Of a DNA stretch of 64,000 nucleotides, positions 56,902 through 64,000 are shown piece by piece. The notes under the pieces are model-generated. The model saw nothing but the letters and a program-made list of their open reading frames with translations, did no database searches and was not told the DNA's origin. Source of the DNA: an uncultured Fidelibacterota bacterium (GTDB lineage Bacteria; Fidelibacterota; Marinisomatia; Marinisomatales; Marinisomataceae). The position numbers and the translations under genes are program-made. Each line of letters starts with the position of its first letter. The stretch's first letter is position 1. The stretch lies in contig CACGRA010000001.1 in the NCBI GenBank assembly GCA_902575395.1, positions 1,741 through 65,740 on the forward strand, given 5' to 3'.

Positions 56902-58197
56902 GTGGACACGGTTGTTGCCTGCTCAACCCCGTTTGGCTCCAGCGCCCTTTCTGTTGTTAGGGTTTCTGGGCCAAAAACAAAAAGCTTTGTTCTTTCTCTT
57001 CAAAAAAACACAAAAAAAATAAAACACAGTTCCCCACTTCTTTCTTCTTTTTTAGATGAGGACGGTGTTGTTTTTGATGAAGGAATTATTACTGTTTTTT
57101 TTGGGCCAAACTCCTACACAGGAGAAGATCTTGCCGAAATATCTTGTCACGGAAACCCAATTATAGTGGACCAAATTATTTCTTTGGCCTGTTCTTTTGG
57201 TTGTCGAATAGCAGAGCCTGGGGAATTTACAAAAAGAGCCTATCTTTCTGGCAAGCTTGATATTTCTCAAGCAGAAGCTGTTTCTTCTTTAATTTCTTCG
57301 AGATCGCTTGAGGGGGCAAAGCTCACATATAAAAACCTTGGCGGAGAACTTTCTGCCAACATTTCTTCTGCAAAAGAAACCCTTATTTCTGTTGTTGGAG
57401 AGATAGAGTTTAATTTAGATATATCAGAAGAGGGGCTTCAGCCTGATCTTTTTACAAAAAGCTCTCAAAAAATACTGCTATTAAAAAACAAAATGGAAGA
57501 GGCCCTGTCTGGGTTCAAAAAAACAAACATTTTAAACCTCGGAGCAAGTGTTGTTATTGCTGGTCCAACAAACGCGGGAAAATCCACTCTTTTTAACCTT
57601 TTTTTAGAACAAGAAAGAGCAATTATAAGTAAGGTGCCGGGAACAACTAGAGATGTTCTTCAGGACACAATAAACCTTAAGGGAATGCCCATTGTTTTAA
57701 AAGACACCGCCGGCATTAGAAAAACAAAAGATAAAATAGAAAGAGAGGGAATAAATAAAACTCAAAAAGAGCTTTTATCTGCTGATTTGGTTCTTTTTTT
57801 AGGAAAAAAAGAAAAAAGAAAAAAGAAAGACAACAAATATATATACATATTTAACAAATCAGATATAAAAAAGCCAGCCTCTGGGGAATATGATATTCAA
57901 ATTTCTGCATTACATGGAAAAAACATTAAAGCCCTTAAAAACCTTATAACAAAAAAGCTTTCGGGAGGAAGTTCTGTTTCTTCTTTTATTTTAACATCAA
58001 AAAGGCAGGTAGAAAACATCGGAAGAGCAAAAGAACACATGGAGTTGGCCTTAAAGGGGCTTTCTACAGAAACCTCTTTAGAACTCGTTGTAGAAGATTT
58101 AAATTCTTCCATTTTTTATCTCGACAAAATAACAAAAAAAACCACAAAAGAAGATATTTTAAGTTCTATTTTTTCTTCTTTTTGTGTAGGAAAATAG
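56902..58197 (+). CDS. mnmE: tRNA modification GTPase MnmE
   Basis: GTG start, G-domain GPTNAGKSTLFN and DTAGIR, and the C-terminal CVGK tetrapeptide. Confidence 0.93.
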   Translation: MDTVVACSTPFGSSALSVVRVSGPKTKSFVLSLQKNTKKIKHSSPLLSSFLDEDGVVFDEGIITVFFGPNSYTGEDLAEISCHGNPIIVDQIISLACSFGCRIAEPGEFTKRAYLSGKLDISQAEAVSSLISSRSLEGAKLTYKNLGGELSANISSAKETLISVVGEIEFNLDISEEGLQPDLFTKSSQKILLLKNKMEEALSGFKKTNILNLGASVVIAGPTNAGKSTLFNLFLEQERAIISKVPGTTRDVLQDTINLKGMPIVLKDTAGIRKTKDKIEREGINKTQKELLSADLVLFLGKKEKRKKKDNKYIYIFNKSDIKKPASGEYDIQISALHGKNIKALKNLITKKLSGGSSVSSFILTSKRQVENIGRAKEHMELALKGLSTETSLELVVEDLNSSIFYLDKITKKTTKEDILSSIFSSFCVGK

Positions 58198-58211
58198 TTT
58201 CACGTGAAACG
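58196..58211. promoter_or_regulatory. parS-like ParB-binding site (aGTTTCACGTGAAACg)
   Basis: The perfect 14-bp palindrome GTTTCACGTGAAAC lies at 58197-58210, giving 14/16 matches to the parS consensus TGTTTCACGTGAAACA. It overlaps the GTG start of mnmG. Confidence 0.8.
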
Positions 58212-60114
58212 CATAAAAAATAAATATGATTTAGTTGTTGTTGGCGGTGGACACGCTGGAATAGAGGCTTCTCTAATTGCTCAAAAAATGGGAATTAATG
58301 TAGTTCTTGTTTCTATGGACACAAAATCTGTTGGAAGAATGTCTTGTAATCCAGCAATTGGAGGTCTTGCAAAAGGACAAATGGTAAAAGAGCTTGATGT
58401 TCTTGGTGGACATATGGCCATGTTTGCTGATATGTGTACCCTTCAAAGCAAAACCCTAAATCTATCAAAAGGAAGGTCTGTTTGGTCTCCCAGGTCTCAA
58501 ATTGACAAAATTAAATATGAAAAAACTGTTCAAAAATATATAAAAAGAGTCGGTTTGCCTGTTTTAAAGGGAGAGGCTGTGTCTATAACCGAAAAAGGGG
58601 GAAAAATAAAGTCTGTTGTTTTATCCTCTGGAGAAGAAATTTTTTGTGTTTCTGCTATTTTAACATGTGGCACATTTTTAAATGGACTAATTCACATTGG
58701 AGAGAAAAAAATTAAAGCAGGAAGAATGGGGGAAGAAAATTCTATTGGAATAACAGAGTCTTTACAATCTCTTGGTTTTTTGTCTGGTAGACTAAAAACG
58801 GGAACCCCTCCTAGAATAAAAAGATCCTCAGTTGATTGGTCTTCGGGGGAACCGGGGTTTGGGGATAAAAAACCAAAACCTCTTTCTTATCACACAAAAA
58901 AATTTATACCAAAAGATGAGCCCTGTTTTGCTTTTAGAACAAATAAAAAAACACATGATTTAATATTAAAAAATATTAATAAGTCTCCTATGTATTCTGG
59001 AGATATTGATTCTTCTGGCCCAAGATATTGTCCATCAATAGAAGATAAAGTATATAAGTTTTCACATAATCCAAGCCACATATTACAACTTGAGCCTGAG
59101 TGGACAAATTCTGAACAAATATATGTTAATGGTTTTTCTACAAGCCTGCCTGAAGATATACAGTTAAAGTGTTTAAAATCTGTTAAGGGTTTAGAAAATG
59201 TTGAATTTTTAAGACCGGGATATGCTATAGAATATGATTTCTTTTTTCCTTCTCAATTAAAAAATACCCTTGAAACAAAAAAAATAGAGGGTTTATTTTT
59301 TGCTGGACAAATTAATGGGACCTCAGGATATGAAGAGGCATCTTCTCAAGGGTTGATGGCCGGAATAAATGCTTCTTTAAAAATAAAAAAAGAAAAAGAA
59401 TTAAGGTTAAAAAGAAATGATGCTTATATAGGGGTGTTAATTGATGATTTAGTTATAAAAGACACAAATGAACCATATAGAATGTTTACATCAAGAGCAG
59501 AATACCGCCTTCAATTAAGAGCATCTAATGCTGATCAAAGATTATTAAAATATTCAAAGAAATTTAATCTTTTAGACGAGAAAATGATAAAAGATCTAAC
59601 AAAAAAAGTAAAAAAGACAAAAGAGGTTGAAGGCATTTTGAATAAAACAAATATTAAGCCTGAAGATATTAATCCTTTTTTAAAAAAGTCTGGTGAAAAA
59701 GAAATAAATCAACCAACAAAAGCCTCAAATCTTTTAAAAAGACCAAAAGTTTTATTAAAAAACCTTCCAAAAATAAAAAAAATTCAAATGAATAATATAA
59801 ATAAAAATTTTATAGAAGAAATTCTGTTTGAAGCAGAAACAAAAATAAAATATAGTGGTTATATAAATAGACAAAAGGAAGAAATAGAAAAAACAAAAGT
59901 ATATGAAGATATGATTATTCCTGCTGATTTTGATTATAATGAAATAAAAAGCATTTCTAATGAAAGTAGAGAAAAGCTTATACAAATATTACCAGAAACA
60001 ATTGGTCAAGCACAGCGTATTAATGGTATTAGACCAACAGATATATCAATTTTATTAGTATATTTAAAGCGTTGGTTTCACGTGAAACGAAATGTTAATT
60101 TAAAAAAGAAATGA
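58204..60114 (+). CDS. mnmG: tRNA uridine 5-carboxymethylaminomethyl modification enzyme MnmG (GidA)
   Basis: 636 aa with FAD-binding DLVVVGGGHAGIEA, and the blocks GPRYCPSIEDK and FFAGQINGTSGYEEA. Confidence 0.96.
   Translation: MKRIKNKYDLVVVGGGHAGIEASLIAQKMGINVVLVSMDTKSVGRMSCNPAIGGLAKGQMVKELDVLGGHMAMFADMCTLQSKTLNLSKGRSVWSPRSQIDKIKYEKTVQKYIKRVGLPVLKGEAVSITEKGGKIKSVVLSSGEEIFCVSAILTCGTFLNGLIHIGEKKIKAGRMGEENSIGITESLQSLGFLSGRLKTGTPPRIKRSSVDWSSGEPGFGDKKPKPLSYHTKKFIPKDEPCFAFRTNKKTHDLILKNINKSPMYSGDIDSSGPRYCPSIEDKVYKFSHNPSHILQLEPEWTNSEQIYVNGFSTSLPEDIQLKCLKSVKGLENVEFLRPGYAIEYDFFFPSQLKNTLETKKIEGLFFAGQINGTSGYEEASSQGLMAGINASLKIKKEKELRLKRNDAYIGVLIDDLVIKDTNEPYRMFTSRAEYRLQLRASNADQRLLKYSKKFNLLDEKMIKDLTKKVKKTKEVEGILNKTNIKPEDINPFLKKSGEKEINQPTKASNLLKRPKVLLKNLPKIKKIQMNNINKNFIEEILFEAETKIKYSGYINRQKEEIEKTKVYEDMIIPADFDYNEIKSISNESREKLIQILPETIGQAQRINGIRPTDISILLVYLKRWFHVKRNVNLKKK
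60074..60089. promoter_or_regulatory. parS-like ParB-binding site (gGTTTCACGTGAAACg)
   Basis: A second copy of the perfect 14-bp palindrome lies at 60075-60088, inside the 3' end of mnmG. Confidence 0.8.
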
Positions 60115-61415
60115 ATACTAAAATAAAACGTTATTTATTAATATTTTTTTGTGGATTTTTGTTTTCACAACAGAATATTTTATTAGACAAAGTATCAGCT
60201 GTTGTCGACGACAAAATTGTATTATTAAGTGATGTTGTTTTAGCTGCAAATGCTTTAGCAGCACAAGAAAATATTAATCCTTCAATTAGTCCTAAAAAAT
60301 ATAATGATCTTTTATTAAAAGCATCAGAAAGTATGATTGAACAGTTAGTTATTATAAAAATGGCAGAAGTTGATTCTGTAACTGTTTTAGAAAAAGATGT
60401 TGAAAAAGCTCTTGAAAGACAAATAGATAATATAATATCACAATCAGGAAGTAAAGAGGCAGCTGAACAAGTTTTGGGTAAAAAAATATCAGATTTTAAA
60501 AGATCTTATAGAGATGATATGGAAGGGAAATTAATTGCTGAAAAATATACAAATCAATTAACAATGAATATTCAAATTACTCGTCCAGAAGTTGAATCTT
60601 TTTTTAATGTTTATAAAGATAGTATTCCTTCTTTTCCTACAGAACATAAAGTAAGACATATTCTTTTTGAAATAAAACCATCTGATGAATCTATAAAAGA
60701 AACAAAGAACATTGCTTTATCTATTATAAAAGAAATTAATAATGGAATGACTTTTGAAAATGCTGCAAAAAAATATTCTGAAGATACTGGTTCTAAAGAA
60801 AATGGGGGTTATTTAGGTGTTGTTTCTAGAGGAACTTTTGTAAAAGAATTTGAAAAAGCAGCTTTTACATTAGAATTAAATAAAATTAGCGAACCAGTAC
60901 AAACATCATTTGGCTTTCATATTATTGAAGTTTTAGAAAGATCTGGTGAAAAGGTAGGAGTAAGACATATTTTAATAAAAACAAAAACTACCGACGAAGA
61001 TAAAGAAAAAACATATCAAAAATCTTTAGAAATTTATCAAAAAATAAAAACAAAAGATGATTTTATTACAAATGCACTAAATTATTCCAATGATGAATCA
61101 ACAAAAGAAAATGGAGGTTATCTAGGTTGGATTGATGCTGATTATTATCAAGTAAAAGAATTAGCATCAGTTATTAAAAATATTGAAAACAACATATGTA
61201 GTGCGCCAATCTTTACAAATTTTGGATATCATTTACTTTGGATTGATGAAATAAAAGAAGGCGGACCTCCAAATTTAGAAAAGAATTGGACAGAACTAGA
61301 GGGAATGGCATTAAATAAGAAAAAATCAGATTGGTATAATAATTGGATCAATGAAATAAAAACAAAAGTTTATATAAAAAGAAATCCACTTACTTATCCA
61401 CAAATAACTAATTAA
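60111..61415 (+). CDS. SurA-like periplasmic peptidyl-prolyl isomerase (two parvulin domains)
   Basis: Signal peptide, a SurA-like N-terminal chaperone region and two PpiC blocks (VRHILF..FGFHIIEV and VRHILI..FGYHLLWI). Confidence 0.8.
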   Translation: MNTKIKRYLLIFFCGFLFSQQNILLDKVSAVVDDKIVLLSDVVLAANALAAQENINPSISPKKYNDLLLKASESMIEQLVIIKMAEVDSVTVLEKDVEKALERQIDNIISQSGSKEAAEQVLGKKISDFKRSYRDDMEGKLIAEKYTNQLTMNIQITRPEVESFFNVYKDSIPSFPTEHKVRHILFEIKPSDESIKETKNIALSIIKEINNGMTFENAAKKYSEDTGSKENGGYLGVVSRGTFVKEFEKAAFTLELNKISEPVQTSFGFHIIEVLERSGEKVGVRHILIKTKTTDEDKEKTYQKSLEIYQKIKTKDDFITNALNYSNDESTKENGGYLGWIDADYYQVKELASVIKNIENNICSAPIFTNFGYHLLWIDEIKEGGPPNLEKNWTELEGMALNKKKSDWYNNWINEIKTKVYIKRNPLTYPQITN

Positions 61416-61706
61416 TTTGTCTAAATAAATTATTCTCTTTTATACACATATTATCAACATTTCTTAAAAAATATTTTCTTTATTTTCTCGACGAGAAAAT
61501 AACATTTAGATTACTTATAAACATTTCAACATTACTATTATTATTTATTTTTTTATATATATTATAATAATAAATAAACAGAGAACTAAAAAAATAAAAA
61601 GCTTTAAAATACCTCTAAAAAGGACTTTCTTTCATTCAGGTAATGGTATATACCATAATTAAATCTTGTTAAAGCCTAAGTATATTTTTATACTTTAGGG
61701 TTATTT
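61394..61706. other. Candidate oriC: DnaA-box cluster plus AT-rich tract upstream of dnaN
   Basis: Boxes are TTATCCACA (61394), TTATACACA (61440), TTATCAACA (61451) and TTATAAACA (61515), all in one orientation. The stretch 61531-61580 is 48/50 A/T. This is the largest non-coding gap in the window (291 bp). Confidence 0.55.
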
Positions 61707-62813
61707 ATGAATATTTCAACTACAAAAACAGAACTTCAGAAGGCTTTTTCTAAATTAATAAAGACATCTCAAACAAAAACGCAAACTCCATTAATAAATT
61801 ATACTTATATATCTGCAGGAGCTCATGGAGTAATTTTACATTCAACAGATATGGAGGTTGGAATAAAAACAACAATAACTGCATCTGTTAATGCTGAAGG
61901 TGAAGGATTATTTCCAACTTCAGAAGTCAGTGATATTATTTCTGTTATAGATGAAGGTAGAGTTGATATAGAGGTTGCTGGACCTCATATTAATATTAAG
62001 TCAGAAAAAGGAACTTCTTTTGATATTCCTACTCTTCCGTTTCAAGAATATCCTTCAATCCCAGAAAATAGACATGAAGATATATATAATATAAAAACTC
62101 AAGATCTAAAAATGGTATTAGATACTATTACTTATGCAATAAATAAAGATCAATTAAAACCAGCTTTAAGTGGTGCGTTATTATCTTTTTCTGAGGAATC
62201 AGTTAGTTTTGTTTCTACTGATGGACATAGGCTTGTTGTCATAAAAATGGTTAATGATTCTAATTTATCTGAAGATTTTATTATCCCAAAAAAATATTTA
62301 AATATGTTAGGGACCTTTATTCAGGGACAAAAAGAATCTTCTCTAACATTTAGTAATGGACATATTTTTATTAATAATGATAGTGATGTTTTATATTCTC
62401 GTCTAATTGATGAAAAATATCCAAATTATAATGCTGTTATTCCTGAAGACAATAATCAAAATTTGAAAGTTCAAAAAGAAGATTTATTAAATAGTATTAA
62501 AGCAACATCAATTGCAACAAATAAAAATACTAATCAAGTTTCATTAAATCTTTCTAAAGGAGAAGTTTCTCTAAAAAGTATTAATCAACCTGAAAGTAAA
62601 ACAGTATATGCTCCTTTAAAAAGTGCAGAATACAATGGAGAAGACATTTCTATTGGATTTAATTCAATTTATTTAAAAGAAGCCATCTCAAATTATCCAT
62701 CTAATGAAGTTAATTTTACATTTAAAGATAATCTATCAGCCACCCTTCTTTTACCGGAAATAAATGAGAGAAATATTATCATTTTATTAATGCCTGTGAG
62801 GATAAATGAGTAA
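61707..62813 (+). CDS. dnaN: DNA polymerase III beta sliding clamp
   Basis: 368 aa with a three-domain clamp layout (TDGHRLV, YPNYNAVIP, LMPVRI), directly followed by gyrB. Confidence 0.92.
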   Translation: MNISTTKTELQKAFSKLIKTSQTKTQTPLINYTYISAGAHGVILHSTDMEVGIKTTITASVNAEGEGLFPTSEVSDIISVIDEGRVDIEVAGPHINIKSEKGTSFDIPTLPFQEYPSIPENRHEDIYNIKTQDLKMVLDTITYAINKDQLKPALSGALLSFSEESVSFVSTDGHRLVVIKMVNDSNLSEDFIIPKKYLNMLGTFIQGQKESSLTFSNGHIFINNDSDVLYSRLIDEKYPNYNAVIPEDNNQNLKVQKEDLLNSIKATSIATNKNTNQVSLNLSKGEVSLKSINQPESKTVYAPLKSAEYNGEDISIGFNSIYLKEAISNYPSNEVNFTFKDNLSATLLLPEINERNIIILLMPVRINE

Positions 62814-64000
62814 GAAAAATAATTATGGTGCAGAAAAAATTTCAGTTCTAAAAGGTTTAGAAGCTGTTAGAAAAAGACCAGCAATGTATATTGGAGATGT
62901 TGGAAAAAGAGGTTTTCATCATCTTGTTAATGAAGTAGTAGATAATAGTATTGATGAAGCTTTAGCTGGTTTTTGTACAAAAATAATTGTAACAATTAAA
63001 AAAGATGGATCTATTTCTATTGAAGATGATGGAAGAGGAATACCTGTAGATATACATAAAGAAGAAGGTATTCCAGCCTTGCAAGTTGTTATGACAGTTT
63101 TACACGCAGGTGGAAAATTTGATAAAGACACATATAAAGTTTCAGGAGGATTACATGGAGTAGGAGTTTCTGTAGTTAATGCTTTATCAGAACATTTAAT
63201 TGCAGAAGTACACAGAGATGGATTTTGTTATAAACAAGAATATTCAATAGGAGTTCCAAAAGGTCCAGTAGAAAAAATTGGAAAAACAGACAAAAGAGGA
63301 ACAATTATTACATTTACTCCAGATTCAGAAATTTTTAAACACTCAGGCTTTGAAGAAGAAATTATTAAAATAAGGCTTAAAGAATTAGCTTATTTAAACA
63401 AAAATCTCACTATCATTTTAGTTAATGAAAATACAGAAGAAGAAGATATTACATTCCATTTTTCAGGAGGTCTTTCAGATTTTGTAAAATATCTAGATGG
63501 AGATGAAGACTTAATACACAATGAAGTAATAACGGTCTCCAAAGAAGAGGGAGAGGTTCCTGTAGACGTTGCTTTTAGATATAGCACAAGTTATAATAAT
63601 AATATTTTTTCTTTTGTTAATAATATTAATACAATAGAAGGGGGAACTCATCTTTCTGGCTTTAGATCTGCTCTAACCCGAGCATTAAATAATTATGCAA
63701 ATAAAAATGAATTAATAAAAACAAAAAAGAATGAAAAATTTTCTTTATCTGGGGATGATTTTAGAGAAGGATTAACGGCTGTAATATCTGTTAAAGTACA
63801 AGAACCTCAATTTGAGGGACAAACAAAAACAAAACTTGGAAATGGTGAAGTTAAGGGAATTGTAGATGGGATTCTTTATGATGGAATACAAGCATTTTTA
63901 GAACAAAACCCTTCAACAGGAAAAAGAATTATTGAAAAAGCGGCGGAAGCTGCTCGAGCAAGAATTGCAGCAAAAAAAGCAAGGGAGCTTGTAAGAAAAA
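62806..64000 (+). CDS. gyrB: DNA gyrase subunit B (5' part, runs off the right edge)
   Basis: Not in the ORF track because the frame is open at the edge. My translation from ATG 62806 is MSKKNNYGAEKISVLKGLEAVRKRPAMYIGDVG..HHLVNEVVDNSIDEA..GGLHGVGVSVVNALS..QFEGQTKTKLGN. It overlaps the dnaN stop by 8 nt. Confidence 0.95.
   Translation, partial: MSKKNNYGAEKISVLKGLEAVRKRPAMYIGDVGKRGFHHLVNEVVDNSIDEALAGFCTKIIVTIKKDGSISIEDDGRGIPVDIHKEEGIPALQVVMTVLHAGGKFDKDTYKVSGGLHGVGVSVVNALSEHLIAEVHRDGFCYKQEYSIGVPKGPVEKIGKTDKRGTIITFTPDSEIFKHSGFEEEIIKIRLKELAYLNKNLTIILVNENTEEEDITFHFSGGLSDFVKYLDGDEDLIHNEVITVSKEEGEVPVDVAFRYSTSYNNNIFSFVNNINTIEGGTHLSGFRSALTRALNNYANKNELIKTKKNEKFSLSGDDFREGLTAVISVKVQEPQFEGQTKTKLGNGEVKGIVDGILYDGIQAFLEQNPSTGKRIIEKAAEAARARIAAKKARELVRK

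Noticed and set aside
57781-57850. Lys-rich, A-rich low-complexity stretch in mnmE (LGKKEKRKKKDNKYIYIF).
   Set aside because: It is in frame and lies within a variable loop of the G-domain region. It is consistent with AT-biased insertion rather than a separate element.
61480-61502. The 11-bp-arm palindrome considered as a rho-independent terminator for the PPIase gene.
   Set aside because: The hairpin is AT-rich and has no U-tract after it on either strand (followed by CATTTAGA). I kept it only as an unexplained palindrome.
61666-61694. Possible dnaN promoter TTGTTA-N17-TATACT.
   Set aside because: It would leave only about 6-12 nt of leader, cutting off the putative AGGG ribosome-binding site. 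It is too speculative to list as a feature.
1-64000. I searched by eye for CRISPR repeats, IS or transposase genes, integrases, phage blocks, toxin-antitoxin pairs, restriction-modification genes or other defence genes, and for rRNA or other structured RNAs.
   Set aside because: I found none. Coding density is too high to hide an array or a large ncRNA. The only RNA gene I could fold is tRNA-Gln. The MORN/YwqK-like protein has a signal peptide and lipobox and no toxin partner, so I do not treat it as an antitoxin.

Overview
This 64-kb window comes from a low-GC, very tightly packed chromosome of a diderm (Gram-negative-type) bacterium. I count about 66 protein genes and one tRNA, almost all housekeeping. 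I saw no rRNA, CRISPR array, transposase, integrase, prophage or recognisable defence genes.

Gene content, left to right:
- Outer-membrane and lipid A block, minus strand: dxr, lpxA, lpxC, lpxD, skp, bamA, uppS.
- mrp/apbC, a sulfatase, a ferredoxin, an MFS transporter, an acyltransferase, mutY and a type II glutamine synthetase.
- A long minus-strand string: prs, rplY, pth, hppA, rpsF, rpsR, rplI.
- tRNA-Gln, ispE, ispDF, queA, ruvB, uvrA.
- A plus-strand block: yqgE, ychF, an oxidoreductase, lpxB, DUF374, lpxK, exbB, exbD, exbD, tonB.
- An AlkB-like hydroxylase, sdhCAB, a GGT-like protein, a C26 hydrolase and a MORN-repeat lipoprotein.
- A ppdK-led array of seven overlapping genes.
- A lytic transglycosylase and an EamA transporter.
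- The replication-origin neighbourhood: plsC-like, ssb and dnaA on the minus strand; rpmH, yidC, mnmE, mnmG, a SurA-like PPIase, dnaN and gyrB on the plus strand.

The Bacteroidetes-type sdhCAB order, the exbB-exbD-exbD-tonB set and the use of AGGAG ribosome-binding sites suggest a streamlined marine FCB-group-like lineage. That placement is only an inference.

I did not find a convincing new multi-gene system. The most interesting signals are these:
1. The origin region is rearranged. dnaA is coupled to ssb and lies 6.8 kb from dnaN, and rnpA, rsmG, parAB and recF are all absent from the window.
2. Two perfect parS cores bracket mnmG.
3. Matching DnaA-box doublets sit upstream of both dnaA and dnaN, and an AT-rich tract follows the dnaN-side boxes.
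4. lpxA has no canonical start codon; AGGAG-N6-ATT is the likely initiation site.
5. A G8 run frameshifts the C-terminus of the EamA transporter.
6. The sulfatase has a non-canonical active-site motif, CAQSR.
7. Base composition is mosaic, with one edge inside mnmG.

All coordinates, start-codon adjustments and GC figures come from reading the sequence by hand, with no alignment or search tools. Family assignments rest on motifs I recognise in the translations.
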